Shown piece by piece: positions 9,921 to 19,927 of a stretch of 64,000 nucleotides of DNA. The notes under the pieces are model-generated. The model was given only the letters and a program-made list of their open reading frames with translations. It was not told the DNA's origin and did not search any database. The position numbers and the translations under genes are program-made. The DNA is from an uncultured Cohaesibacter sp. (GTDB taxonomy: Bacteria > Pseudomonadota > Alphaproteobacteria > Rhizobiales > Cohaesibacteraceae). Position 1 is the stretch's first letter. Each line of letters starts with the position of its first letter. Location: assembly GCA_963676965.2 (NCBI GenBank), contig CAXXSO010000032.1, positions 34,199-98,198 of the forward strand, in the 5' to 3' direction.

Positions 9921-10676
9921 TTAATGTGAAAAACTCATTTCGGCGACAAAATCATAAGCATCGCCGCGATAGATGGATTTGGTCAATTCAATGGCACGAC
10001 CGCTTTGCAGATAGGAAATGCGGCGAATGCTGAGCCCCGCCATCCCCACCGTCACGCCGAGCAATTCGGCCTCGGGCGGCTCAAGATTGATCGCGGAAAT
10101 CTTCTGCACGGCCCGCACCGGGCGATTGCCGTCCCGGTCAAGCTGGTCATAAAGTGATGTTGTCACCTTGGATGGATCGGACAGAATATCGACCGGCAAC
10201 ACCGCGCATTCGAGCGCCATCGGCTGGCCATTGGCCTCACGCAGGCGATTGAGGCAAGCCACCGACACACCACCGGACAAACCCAGCGTGAACATCTCAT
10301 CCGGCGACGGTCTGCGCACCTCACGTTCAAGCCAGATCGAGGATGTCTCAAAGCCCCGAGCCATCATATCTTCGGTAAAGGAGGTCAGATGAGACAGCGA
10401 CTGCTCCATCTTGCCCGGCTGCTGACGTACAAACGAGCCGGAGCCATGACGCTGCTCGACCGCGCCCTTCTTGACCAACTCCTGAATGGCCTTGCGCACA
10501 GTCACCCGTGACAGATCGGTCAGGTCGGCAATTTCCCGTTCAGCAGGCAAGGAATGATCCGGCAGCAACAATCCCATGGCAATGGCCTGCTCGATCCGCC
10601 GCGAGAGCAACACATAGAGAGGCCCGGCCTTCTTGCTCAACCAGTCTCCTGCTCGCAGATAGTCTTCCACTGTCAT
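9921..10676 (-). CDS. GntR/HutC-family regulator with UTRA domain (NagQ-like)
   Basis: LPAEREIA, SRVTVRKAI, GSGSFV, LTSFTEDM and YRGDAY; sits within the nag cluster. Confidence 0.88.
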   Translation of the reverse strand: MTVEDYLRAGDWLSKKAGPLYVLLSRRIEQAIAMGLLLPDHSLPAEREIADLTDLSRVTVRKAIQELVKKGAVEQRHGSGSFVRQQPGKMEQSLSHLTSFTEDMMARGFETSSIWLEREVRRPSPDEMFTLGLSGGVSVACLNRLREANGQPMALECAVLPVDILSDPSKVTTSLYDQLDRDGNRPVRAVQKISAINLEPPEAELLGVTVGMAGLSIRRISYLQSGRAIELTKSIYRGDAYDFVAEMSFSH

Positions 10677-10821
10677 CAAGGCATGCCTCACAGTCCTGAT
10701 TGCGCCTCTCTTCGGGCTCCTCCCGCATTCAGATCAGAATGCCAAAAGCGCTGCCAGCGCAAAGATCCTCCAAAACCAATTCCAATCTCATCAAGTCATA
10801 CATGAGAGGACGAAATAAAGA

Positions 10822-10924
10822 AAGACCAAAATAAGACCAAATATATCAATAAGCAAAAATTTTTCGCACAAGCCTAAGTATTATGCAAATTTTAGAGGTG
10901 GACAGATGGTATTTAAAAGGTATT
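10822..10924. promoter_or_regulatory. Two pairs of 11-bp-period direct repeats, candidate NagQ-type operators
   Basis: AAGACCA twice (10822, 10833; TGGTCTT on the minus strand) and TGGTATT/AGGTATT (10907, 10918) in the divergent promoter. Confidence 0.6.
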
Positions 10925-10956
10925 ATATTGGCAACCCCTGTCTGGAGGAGTAAGCA

Positions 10957-11862
10957 GTGGACCTTGTCACCGAAACACGCCACAAAAGCGCAATCGGCCT
11001 GGAAATCCAGCCCCCGCTGGACATTGCAACGATTCTCGCCAATGGCCAGATCGAGGCAGCCAAGGCGATTGAAGCGGCAAAGCCCGCAATATGCGACGGC
11101 GCTGCAATGATGGCGTGTCAGGTCGGCAACGGTGGCACATTGATTTATGCTGCAGCAGGTTCGTCCGGCCTGATGGCCCTTGCGGACGCCTCCGAGCTTG
11201 GCGGTACTTTCGGCATCGACACTGCCAAGATCCGGCTTCTGATGGCAGGCGGCGTTCCCATTGATGGGGACATGCCCGGTGACACCGAAGATGACAGCAC
11301 CAGCCTTAACGACAGCCTGTCAGACTTGTCCGACAGGGACTGTCTGATCGCCATTTCTGCCAGCGGCAACACCCCCTACACGATGCAAGCCGCCCGAATT
11401 GCAAAGAACAAAGGCGCGCATGTGATCGGCATTGCCAACAATGCCGACACTCCCTTGCTTGATCTCAGCGACTGTCCGATCCTGTTGCAGACCCCACCGG
11501 AAGTGATTTCCGGCTCGACCCGCATGGGGGCTGCGACCGCGCAAAAAATGGCGCTAAACATGCTCTCTACCCTGATGGCAATCCATTTGGGTCATGTTCA
11601 TGACGGCATGATGATCAATTTGAAGGCAGACAATATCAAATTGCGCCAGCGTGCGACGACCATCGTCAAGACCATTGCCAAAGTCTCAACAAGCGACGCC
11701 AAGACAGCGCTAGCGACGGCGGACGGCAATGTCAAACTCGCCATTCTGCTCTGCTCGGGCATGAGCGAGAAGTCAGAAGCCGAAGCATTGCTATCGCACC
11801 ATAACAACCAATTGCGTGCGGCGCTCACCGCGCTCGCAGCCAAAGACCAGACCAGCCCATAA
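10957..11862 (+). CDS. murQ: N-acetylmuramic acid 6-phosphate etherase (MurQ family)
   Basis: AGSSG, DASELGGTFG, TEDD, ISASGNTPY, PEVISGSTRM, AQKMALNMLST and NIKLRQRA. Confidence 0.82.
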   Translation: MDLVTETRHKSAIGLEIQPPLDIATILANGQIEAAKAIEAAKPAICDGAAMMACQVGNGGTLIYAAAGSSGLMALADASELGGTFGIDTAKIRLLMAGGVPIDGDMPGDTEDDSTSLNDSLSDLSDRDCLIAISASGNTPYTMQAARIAKNKGAHVIGIANNADTPLLDLSDCPILLQTPPEVISGSTRMGAATAQKMALNMLSTLMAIHLGHVHDGMMINLKADNIKLRQRATTIVKTIAKVSTSDAKTALATADGNVKLAILLCSGMSEKSEAEALLSHHNNQLRAALTALAAKDQTSP

Positions 11863-11923
11863 CAAGAAAAGCAAACTGCAAATCACTTTGTAATCAAGCA
11901 ACCAACATACAGAGAGGTTCATC

Positions 11924-13178
11924 GTGAACACCAAATTGACAACCGCAGTCCTCCTTGCAGCCACCGTGCTGACCAGCGCTGCCTATGCCGCCGACGCAAC
12001 CCTCACCATCGAGAGCTGGCGCAATGACGATCTGAAGCTTTGGCAGGACAAGATCATTCCAGCCTTTGAAGCCAAGCATCCGGGCATCAAAATCAAGTTC
12101 ACCCCTTCGGCTCCAACCGAATATAACGCAGTGCTGAACTCAAAGCTTGATGCAGGCTCTGCCGGCGACATCATCACCTGCCGCCCATTCGATGCGTCTC
12201 TGGCTCTGTATGATGCCGGTCATCTGGCCAAGCTGGACGACATGGAAGCCATGAACAACTTCTCCAACGTGGCCAAATCCGCTTGGCAGACCGACGATGG
12301 CTCCGCCACCTTCTGCGTACCGATGGCATCCGTGATCCACGGCTTCATCTACAACAAGGACGCCTTTGACGAGCTGGGCCTCAAAGCCCCTGAAACCGAA
12401 GACGAATTCTTCGCAGTCCTTGAGAAAATCAAGGAAGACGGCACCTATATTCCAATGGCCATGGGCACCAACGACCAGTGGGAAGCTGCCACCATGGGCT
12501 ACCAGAATATCGGCCCGAACTACTGGAAAGGCGAGGAAGGCCGTCTGGCGCTGATCAAGGGCGAACAGAAATTGACCGACCCGCAGTGGGTTGAGCCTTA
12601 TGCAACTCTGGCCAAATGGGCGCCTTATCTCGGCGATGGCTTTGAAGCCCAGACCTATCCAGACAGCCAGAACCTCTTCACCCTTGGCCGTGCCGCCATT
12701 TATCCGGCCGGCTCCTGGGAGATTTCAGGCTTCAACACACAGGCTGACTTCAAGATGGGTGCCTTCATGCCCCCGGTCAAAAAGGCTGGCGACAAATGCT
12801 ACATTTCCGATCACACAGACATCGGCATTGGCATGAACGCCAAAACCCCGAATCCGGAAGCCGCCAAAACCTTCCTGTCCTGGGTTGCCTCGCCTGAATT
12901 TGCTGAAATTTTCGGCAATGCCCTGCCGGGCTTCTTCCCGCTGTCCAACACCCCTGTCGAGATGCAAGATCCGCTCGCCAAGGAATTTGTCAGCTGGCGT
13001 GGCAAATGTGAGAGCACCATCCGCTCCACCTATCAGATCCTGTCTCGTGGCACGCCAAACCTCGAAAACGAAACCTGGGGCGCATCTGCTGCCGCCATCA
13101 AGGGCACGGCGACCCCTGAAGAGCTGGGCAAAAAAACTGCAGGACGGTCTGGCAAGCTGGTACAAACCGCAAATGTAA
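11924..13178 (+). CDS. Carbohydrate ABC substrate-binding protein (amino-sugar importer); +1 frameshift in the A7 run at 13130-13136
   Basis: Signal peptide and CUT1 SBP features. Removing one A gives the natural C-terminus ELGKKLQDGLASWYKPQM* ending at 13178. Confidence 0.85.
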
Positions 13179-13445
13179 GACCAAGCAGGGAAGCGAACAC
13201 TTGTCTTGTTTCGCTTCCCGCGCCCATTCTGTCCGCAGCCCATCCGCTGCGGGCAGAAGCGGCTTGGCCAAGAAATGGCCCTCGTCCAATCATCGATGTC
13301 CGCACCACCAAGACACGCTCTTGGCCAAAGTCCCAGACCTGGCCAAAATGAGAGCAACGACATCGAGCATATTGCAAGCAACAGACTGATTTTCAAGCCA
13401 CATCGGACCGGGAAAATGCGATGGGCTTTGAAACTGGAGAATGTG

Positions 13446-14360
13446 ATGCAAGCACCCCGCTTTCGATGGCACATTGTCGTGTTTTTGGCACCTGCGGTGC
13501 TGGTCTATACGGCGGTCATGATCTTTCCGCTTTTCAACACCCTGCGCCTCGCCCTTTATAGCGAGATCGAGAATGTGCGCACCTATGTCGGCTTCACCAA
13601 TTTCGAACGATTGTTCGGAGATCCGATCTGGTCCGAGCAATTCTGGAACGCGCTTGGCAACAATTTCTGGTTCTTTTTCATCCATATGATGGTCCAGAAT
13701 CCCATCGGCGTCGTGCTGGCGGCGATCCTCTCTCATCCGCGCTTGAGATTTGCTGCGCTCTATCGCTCCGCCATCTTCATCCCGACCATTCTCAGTTTCG
13801 TGATTGTCGGCTTTGCATGGAAGCTGATCCTGTCGCCCATTTGGGGCATTGCGCCAAGCATGCTGGACGCGATCGGCCTCAAGTCCCTCTTCGCCCCTTG
13901 GCTCGGCAAGGAAGCCTATGCCCTGACCGCCCTGTCACTGGTCTCGGTCTGGCAGTTTGTCGGCATCCCGATGATGCTGATCTATGCGGCTCTCCTCTCG
14001 ATCCCGGAAGAAGTGCTTGAAGCAGGCGAGATCGATGGCATTACCGGCATTTCCGCTTTCTGGAAAATCAAGTTGCCGCTGATCCTGCCCTCTATCGGTA
14101 TCATTTCGATCCTCACCTTCGTGGGCAACTTCAACGCCTTCGACCTGATCTATACCGCGCAAGGAGCCCTCGCCGGTCCGGACTTCTCGACCGACATTCT
14201 AGGCACCTTCATGTATCGCACCTTCTTCGGCTTCCAGCTGCAATTGGGTGACCCGCATATGGGTTCGGCCATTGCCGGTTCCATGTTTGCGATCATTCTC
14301 ATCGGCGTTTGCGTCTATTTGTTCGGCATTCAGACGCGCCTGCGCCGCTATCAGATGTAG
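13446..14360 (+). CDS. Carbohydrate ABC permease
   Basis: Hydrophobic helices and EAA motif (EVLEAGEIDG); start chosen after GGAGA. Confidence 0.9.
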   Translation: MQAPRFRWHIVVFLAPAVLVYTAVMIFPLFNTLRLALYSEIENVRTYVGFTNFERLFGDPIWSEQFWNALGNNFWFFFIHMMVQNPIGVVLAAILSHPRLRFAALYRSAIFIPTILSFVIVGFAWKLILSPIWGIAPSMLDAIGLKSLFAPWLGKEAYALTALSLVSVWQFVGIPMMLIYAALLSIPEEVLEAGEIDGITGISAFWKIKLPLILPSIGIISILTFVGNFNAFDLIYTAQGALAGPDFSTDILGTFMYRTFFGFQLQLGDPHMGSAIAGSMFAIILIGVCVYLFGIQTRLRRYQM

Positions 14361-14372
14361 GAGGAAGCAGAC

Positions 14373-15215
14373 ATGGAAAATTCAGCCCGCACCAATCGTT
14401 TCAATGCGCTGGCCATGCATGGCGCGCTGGGTCTTTACACCCTGATCGCCCTGTTCCCGGTCTTCGTCATCCTGATCAACAGCTTCAAGACCCGCAAGGC
14501 CATCTTCCGTGAGCCTTTGGCTCTGCCCAATGCAGACAGCTTCTCGCTGATCGGCTATGAAACCGTGATGAAACAGGGGGATTTCTTCCTCTATTTCCAG
14601 AACAGCTTCATCGTCACCGTCGCCTCGCTGTTTTTCATCCTTCTATTCGGCGCCATGGCCGCCTTTGCGCTCAGCGAATATCGTTTCAAGGGCAACACCA
14701 TGATGGGGCTTTATCTGGCCCTCGGCATCATGATTCCGATCCGCATTGGCACGGTTGCCATTCTGGAAATGATGGTCGCCACCGGTCTGGTGAACACCCT
14801 CTGGGCGCTCATTCTGGTTTATACGGCTCAGGGGCTACCGCTGGCCGTGTTCATTCTAAGCGAATTTATGAAGCAGGTATCCAACGATCTGAAAGACGCC
14901 GCCCGTGTCGATGGCCTCAACGAATATGTCATCTTCGGGCGCATCGTCGTGCCTCTGGTCCGCCCGGCCATGGCAACGGTGGCAGTCTTCAACATGATCC
15001 CCATCTGGAACGACCTCTGGTTCCCGCTGATCCTCGCACCAGCTGAAGAAACCAAAACTCTGACGCTCGGCAGTCAGGTCTTTATCGGCCAGTTCGTCAC
15101 CGACTGGAATGCGGTCCTCTCCGCCCTGTCGATGGCCATTCTGCCGGTCCTCATCCTCTATGTCATTTTCTCCCGCCAGCTCATTCGCGGCATCACGTCA
15201 GGAGCGGTGAAATGA
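14373..15215 (+). CDS. Carbohydrate ABC permease
   Basis: DAARVDG EAA motif, WNDLWFPL and transmembrane helices. Confidence 0.92.
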   Translation: MENSARTNRFNALAMHGALGLYTLIALFPVFVILINSFKTRKAIFREPLALPNADSFSLIGYETVMKQGDFFLYFQNSFIVTVASLFFILLFGAMAAFALSEYRFKGNTMMGLYLALGIMIPIRIGTVAILEMMVATGLVNTLWALILVYTAQGLPLAVFILSEFMKQVSNDLKDAARVDGLNEYVIFGRIVVPLVRPAMATVAVFNMIPIWNDLWFPLILAPAEETKTLTLGSQVFIGQFVTDWNAVLSALSMAILPVLILYVIFSRQLIRGITSGAVK

Positions 15216-16246
15216 TCAGAACCCTGATTGCAGGCCTTGGCAATATGGGCTTTTCCCATGCCCTTGCCCACCATCATCACCTCGAATCCGAGATTGTCGG
15301 CCTCGTGGCACGCTCGCAAACCGCCCAGAAAGACGAGTTGGCGGGCTATCCTTTCTTTGACGACTTTCATCAAGCACTAAGCGAGACCAAACCCGACCTT
15401 GTGGTGATTGCCACCTATACCGACACCCATGTCGATTTTGCCTGCGCGGCAATGGAAGCCGGAGCCCATGTCTTCGTTGAAAAGCCATTGGCCATGAGCG
15501 TAGCGGATGCCGAACGGGTTGTCGCCACCGCCAAACGGACCAACCGCAAGCTTGTGGTCGGCTATATCCTGCGCCATCATCCATCCTGGATCCGCTTTGT
15601 CCAGGAAGCCCGTGCCCTTGGCGGTCCTTATGTCTTCCGCCTCAATCTCAATCAGCAATCGAGCGGTGCGGAATGGGAAACCCACAAGGCCCTGATGCAA
15701 ACCACCAGCCCGATTGTCGATTGCGGCGTCCACTATGTCGATGTGATGTGCCAGATCACCGATGCCAAGCCCGTTAGCGTCAATGGCATGGGGCTACGCC
15801 TGTCCGATGAGATCGCCGAGGACATGTATAATTATGGCCAGTTGCAAGTCACGTTCACCGACGGTTCGGTCGGCTGGTATGAGGCTGGCTGGGGCCCGAT
15901 GATGTCCGAGACCGCCTTTTTCGTCAAAGACATCGTCTCCCCCAATGGCTCGGTCTCGATCACCGATGGCAACAAGGGAGCCTCGGCCGACATTGACGGC
16001 CACACCAAGGTGGGCGGCTTGCTGGTTCACAAACCTGAAGGCGACCGGATCATCGATCTGGCGGGTGAACCCGGCCATAACGAGCTTTGCGCCAATGAGC
16101 AGGATTTCATCCTGCGGGCCATCAAGGACGATATCGATCTGGAACGACATATGCAGGATGCGGTGCAATCGCTGGCCATTTGCCTTGCCGCCGACCAGAG
16201 CATCCGTACCGGCAAACCTGTAATGCTTGAGGAGACAACGCTGTGA
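15212..16246 (+). CDS. Gfo/Idh/MocA-family oxidoreductase
   Basis: GLGNMG Rossmann motif, HVFVEKP and DCGVHYVD. Confidence 0.9.
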   Translation: MIRTLIAGLGNMGFSHALAHHHHLESEIVGLVARSQTAQKDELAGYPFFDDFHQALSETKPDLVVIATYTDTHVDFACAAMEAGAHVFVEKPLAMSVADAERVVATAKRTNRKLVVGYILRHHPSWIRFVQEARALGGPYVFRLNLNQQSSGAEWETHKALMQTTSPIVDCGVHYVDVMCQITDAKPVSVNGMGLRLSDEIAEDMYNYGQLQVTFTDGSVGWYEAGWGPMMSETAFFVKDIVSPNGSVSITDGNKGASADIDGHTKVGGLLVHKPEGDRIIDLAGEPGHNELCANEQDFILRAIKDDIDLERHMQDAVQSLAICLAADQSIRTGKPVMLEETTL

Positions 16247-17220
16247 CCGCGCTGACCCTGAAAAATGTATGCAAGACCTTTGGCAAGACCGAGGTGCTCA
16301 AAGACATCAATATTGACGTTGAGGAAGGCGAATTCGTCGTCTTTGTCGGCCCGTCCGGCTGCGGCAAATCCACCTTGCTGCGGGTCATTGCGGGCCTTGA
16401 AGATGCCTCATCCGGCGAGGTGTCCATTGGTGGCGAAGTCGTCAACAATGTGCCGCCCTCCAAACGCGGCATCGCGATGGTATTTCAGTCTTACGCCCTT
16501 TATCCGCATCTCAATGTCGCCAACAACATGTCGCTGGCCTTGAAGCAGGAAGGGATACCCAAAGACCAGATTACCGCTCGCGTCAATGAAGCCTCGCGCA
16601 TGCTCAAGCTCGGTGATTATCTCACCCGCTATCCGTCCGAATTGTCCGGGGGACAGCGCCAACGTGTCGCCATTGGCCGCGCCATTGTGCGCCAGCCAAA
16701 GCTGTTCTTGCTGGATGAACCTCTCTCCAACCTTGATGCAGCGCTGCGCATGAATACCCGCATCGAAATCGCCAATCTGCACAAGCAGCTCAATGCCTCG
16801 ATGATCTATGTGACCCACGACCAGACCGAAGCCATGACCCTGGCTGACAAGATCGTCGTCCTGCGCGATGGTCGGGTCGAACAGATCGGCAGCCCGATGG
16901 ACCTTTATAACCAACCGGCCAACAAATTCGTTGCGGGGTTCCTTGGCTCCCCGGCCATGAATTTCCTGCCTGCCTCTTTGCTCGAAGCAGGTGACAGCCG
17001 CGTCATCGGCCTGCGCCCAGAAGATCTCTATCTTGCAGATGACGGCCCGCTGACCGCAGACGTGCAGCATGTTGAACATTTGGGTGGCGACACCAATGTC
17101 ATCACCAGGATTGCCGACATCGATTCCACCGTGCGCCTGTTCGGACAGCATGAGATCCATCCCGGTCAGCAACTCAAATTGGGCTTTGATCCGGCAAAAC
17201 TGCACTATTTCGACGATTAG
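16243..17220 (+). CDS. Carbohydrate ABC ATP-binding protein (MalK-like)
   Basis: GPSGCGKST, LSGGQRQRVA, LLDEPLSNLD and YVTHDQ. Confidence 0.95.
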   Translation: MTALTLKNVCKTFGKTEVLKDINIDVEEGEFVVFVGPSGCGKSTLLRVIAGLEDASSGEVSIGGEVVNNVPPSKRGIAMVFQSYALYPHLNVANNMSLALKQEGIPKDQITARVNEASRMLKLGDYLTRYPSELSGGQRQRVAIGRAIVRQPKLFLLDEPLSNLDAALRMNTRIEIANLHKQLNASMIYVTHDQTEAMTLADKIVVLRDGRVEQIGSPMDLYNQPANKFVAGFLGSPAMNFLPASLLEAGDSRVIGLRPEDLYLADDGPLTADVQHVEHLGGDTNVITRIADIDSTVRLFGQHEIHPGQQLKLGFDPAKLHYFDD

Positions 17221-17416
17221 GGCGACGCCCTGTCAATCAATCAGCCTGTCATGGCCGAGGCCCCCTCGGCCATGATGCATTCAGGCCTTCAGACGCCATT
17301 GCATATACCCTGCATATGCGTTGCTACAGATGTCTGATGCGACAAGTCGCGTCCGCAACGCGCCTCCATTTCCGCTATCATGAAGTCTCCCTGTCATTAT
17401 TTGCGGACAAACTCCC

Positions 17417-18016
17417 ATGACAGCTGCGACGCGCGACCACCCGGACATATTGGACAGCGCCCCCATCGAATGGAGCATCGACGTACCCTTGGCGACCAAC
17501 CGCGTGGTCCTGCGGCAACTCGCACTCATCATTCTCATCCCCGCCGCCGCCCTTGCGCTGTTCATGCTGGTTCTGGGCGTCATCGACAACGATCCGGGTG
17601 AAGTCAAGGTCGCGGTGATCCTGTTCTTCGCAGCCATCGCCGTGCTGACCATCCTTGTTGCCATCGCCGTTCTGCTGGTACTGGGCAACCGGATGCATAT
17701 GGAATTTCGGCTGGGTTGCGAAGACATCACCTCAAGCATCACGGACAACCGCGCCAAGGTTAGCCGCCGCTTGGCCCTTTCCCTTGGCCTGATCACCTTC
17801 AATCCCGGATTGGCTGGGGCCGGTTTGCTGGCGAGCAGCAACAGCGGCAAACAAACCCGGTGGGAAGATATTGACGAGCTGGAGATCATCCGCTCGCAAC
17901 ATACCATCGTCTTGCGCTCCGGGCTGTTGGTCCTCGATGCGATCTTCTGCACGCCGGATAATTTCCAGACCGTTTGCAGGCGGATCGAAACAAAGGTCAT
18001 GTACAAAGGCCAGTGA
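17417..18016 (+). CDS. Hypothetical membrane protein (two TM helices plus C-terminal beta domain)
   Basis: 199-aa ORF with two long hydrophobic segments; shares motifs with the next ORF. Confidence 0.7.
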   Translation: MTAATRDHPDILDSAPIEWSIDVPLATNRVVLRQLALIILIPAAALALFMLVLGVIDNDPGEVKVAVILFFAAIAVLTILVAIAVLLVLGNRMHMEFRLGCEDITSSITDNRAKVSRRLALSLGLITFNPGLAGAGLLASSNSGKQTRWEDIDELEIIRSQHTIVLRSGLLVLDAIFCTPDNFQTVCRRIETKVMYKGQ

Positions 18017-18055
18017 GTGGCTCCCGCGCGGCCCAAGCGGCGAAAGGAGACCGCC

Positions 18056-18775
18056 ATGCCCAACGATCAATCACCCGATCAGCAAGCCTCTGATCCAATC
18101 GTCAAGGAACCCCTCTACTGGGACTATGATTTTCCTGTACTCTCGCTAAGCATGGCAAAGCAAATCGCCATGCCGCTGGTCGGCGTCCCTTTGTTCCTTG
18201 CCACGCTTTTGGTCGGCTACTCCCTCTATGAAGGTGTTTATGTACCGGTTTTGGGCGTCTATCTTGGTGCTTTGGGCTTTTCGGTCTTTCTTGGCCTTTG
18301 CTATCTACTCGCTGTCGTCCTGACCGGAAATCGTCTCAGGGTCGGTTATGTGATCACCGATCAAGGGTTGATTTCCGCCACGATCGGCGCAGGCAAGAAT
18401 GGTGCATCGATTCTTGGAAATTTGCTGCTTGCAATTTCTGATGACATGACCATGCAGGGCATCGGTCTTTTGGCTCAGCGCCGGGACGCCAAATTCACCC
18501 CATGGGAAAAGGTCACCGACATCCGCCCCGCCGGGCCAAAGAAAGATCTCAAACTACTCAATAGAAAAGGGCGAATGATCGGCATGCTGCGCGCCAGAAC
18601 CGAGGACTATGATCGCATATTAAGGACGGTCAACCGCATCATGGCCAACCGGAAAAAAGAGCGTGTGACGCCTGCTCTGGTTGTCAATCGATGGTGTGCG
18701 GCGTCGAACAGGAACTGCGCACGATCAGATCCCCATGCAACAGGGTCCGGGCCAATTTGCGCCCCTGACTGTTGA
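18056..18775 (+). CDS. Hypothetical membrane protein, apparent paralog of 17417..18016
   Basis: ATG at 18056 after AAGGAG; two TM segments; 3' end overlaps the convergent LacI gene. Confidence 0.65.
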   Translation: MPNDQSPDQQASDPIVKEPLYWDYDFPVLSLSMAKQIAMPLVGVPLFLATLLVGYSLYEGVYVPVLGVYLGALGFSVFLGLCYLLAVVLTGNRLRVGYVITDQGLISATIGAGKNGASILGNLLLAISDDMTMQGIGLLAQRRDAKFTPWEKVTDIRPAGPKKDLKLLNRKGRMIGMLRARTEDYDRILRTVNRIMANRKKERVTPALVVNRWCAASNRNCARSDPHATGSGPICAPDC

Positions 18776-19715
18776 GCAGATCAAGCAACTCGGTCATGGC
18801 AATCTCGCCAATATGCGTGCGCGGCTGGCGGATGGTCGTCAGCGCCGGCGTGATATGGCTCGAAAAGGGAATATCATCAAAGCCGACAACTGAAAAATCA
18901 TGGGGCACCTGCATCCCTCTTGAATTCAGCGCGCTGATCACACCGATGGCCGTGCTGTCGCTGAAACAGAAAAAAGCCGTTGGCAACGTATCGCGAATGA
19001 ACAGCATTTCAACTGCCGCCCGCCCCCCTTCAGTCGAGCCATCCCCACGCACCTTCCAGATGTCAGGTCGATCAAACGACTCAAGCATCGCCTGACAATA
19101 GCCCGCATAGCGCATGTCATCGACCATGCTGCCTTGCGGCCCGGACACATAGGTGATCCTGCGATGACCCAGCGAAATCAGATATTCTGTGGCCACCTTG
19201 GCTGCTGCCGTATCATCCACCCCGACATAAGAAACCTCGGTATGTTCAATCGGATTGCAGGCAGCAACCATCGGTGGGAAGCTCGATGCCTTGCGGTCCG
19301 GCCATCCGGCGACAGGCAGATGTCCCGTCAATAGAACCAGACCATCCACCATGCCGGTCGAAAGAAAGTGGAGATATTTTTCCTCATGCTCCACATTGCC
19401 CTCGGTGTTGCCGATCAGCACACCATAGCCCCTCTGATTGGCGACTTTTTCCAGCCCCACCAAAATGCCCGAAAAATTCGGATCAGAAATGGACGGCGCC
19501 AACGCCATCACCATCTTGGAACGTTGCATGCGCAAATTCTGCGCCATGGCATTGACCGTATAGCCAGTGCGTGCAATGGCGGCGGTGACCTTTTTGCGGG
19601 TGCTTTCAGCCACCTTCTCCGGCGTTCGCATCGCCCGACTGACAGTGGCGATCGAAACCCCGGCAAGCTTGGCCACGTCTTCAATGGTGGCTGCTTTTTT
19701 TCCTGTCGGTTCCAA
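18684..19715 (-). CDS. LacI-family transcriptional regulator
   Basis: TIEDVAKLAGVSIATVSR HTH, SVVGFDD and PALTTIRQP. Confidence 0.95.
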   Translation of the reverse strand: MEPTGKKAATIEDVAKLAGVSIATVSRAMRTPEKVAESTRKKVTAAIARTGYTVNAMAQNLRMQRSKMVMALAPSISDPNFSGILVGLEKVANQRGYGVLIGNTEGNVEHEEKYLHFLSTGMVDGLVLLTGHLPVAGWPDRKASSFPPMVAACNPIEHTEVSYVGVDDTAAAKVATEYLISLGHRRITYVSGPQGSMVDDMRYAGYCQAMLESFDRPDIWKVRGDGSTEGGRAAVEMLFIRDTLPTAFFCFSDSTAIGVISALNSRGMQVPHDFSVVGFDDIPFSSHITPALTTIRQPRTHIGEIAMTELLDLLNSQGRKLARTLLHGDLIVRSSCSTPHTID

Positions 19716-19834
19716 TCGGTTTTCCCATCATCAAATCAAGGTGGTGTTAAAGTCGGTAAAGTGTAGAGAAATTGGTTGGGCAGGTCTACAAGACAGCCTT
19801 TATCCACGTCCCACTCTACGCTTCATTTTGAGCT

Positions 19835-19871
19835 ATGAAAAGGTTTACATCCATAATGAAAAGGTTTACAT
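19835..19871. promoter_or_regulatory. Two identical LacI-type operators 21 bp apart
   Basis: ATGAAAAGGTTTACAT at 19835 and 19856, a near-palindrome, between lacI and the ABC operon. Confidence 0.75.
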
Positions 19872-19927
19872 TCCCAAAAACCGGCTCCAAATGGTCGGAC
19901 AAACGCTTGTGCTAGGGAGGAAAGCAA

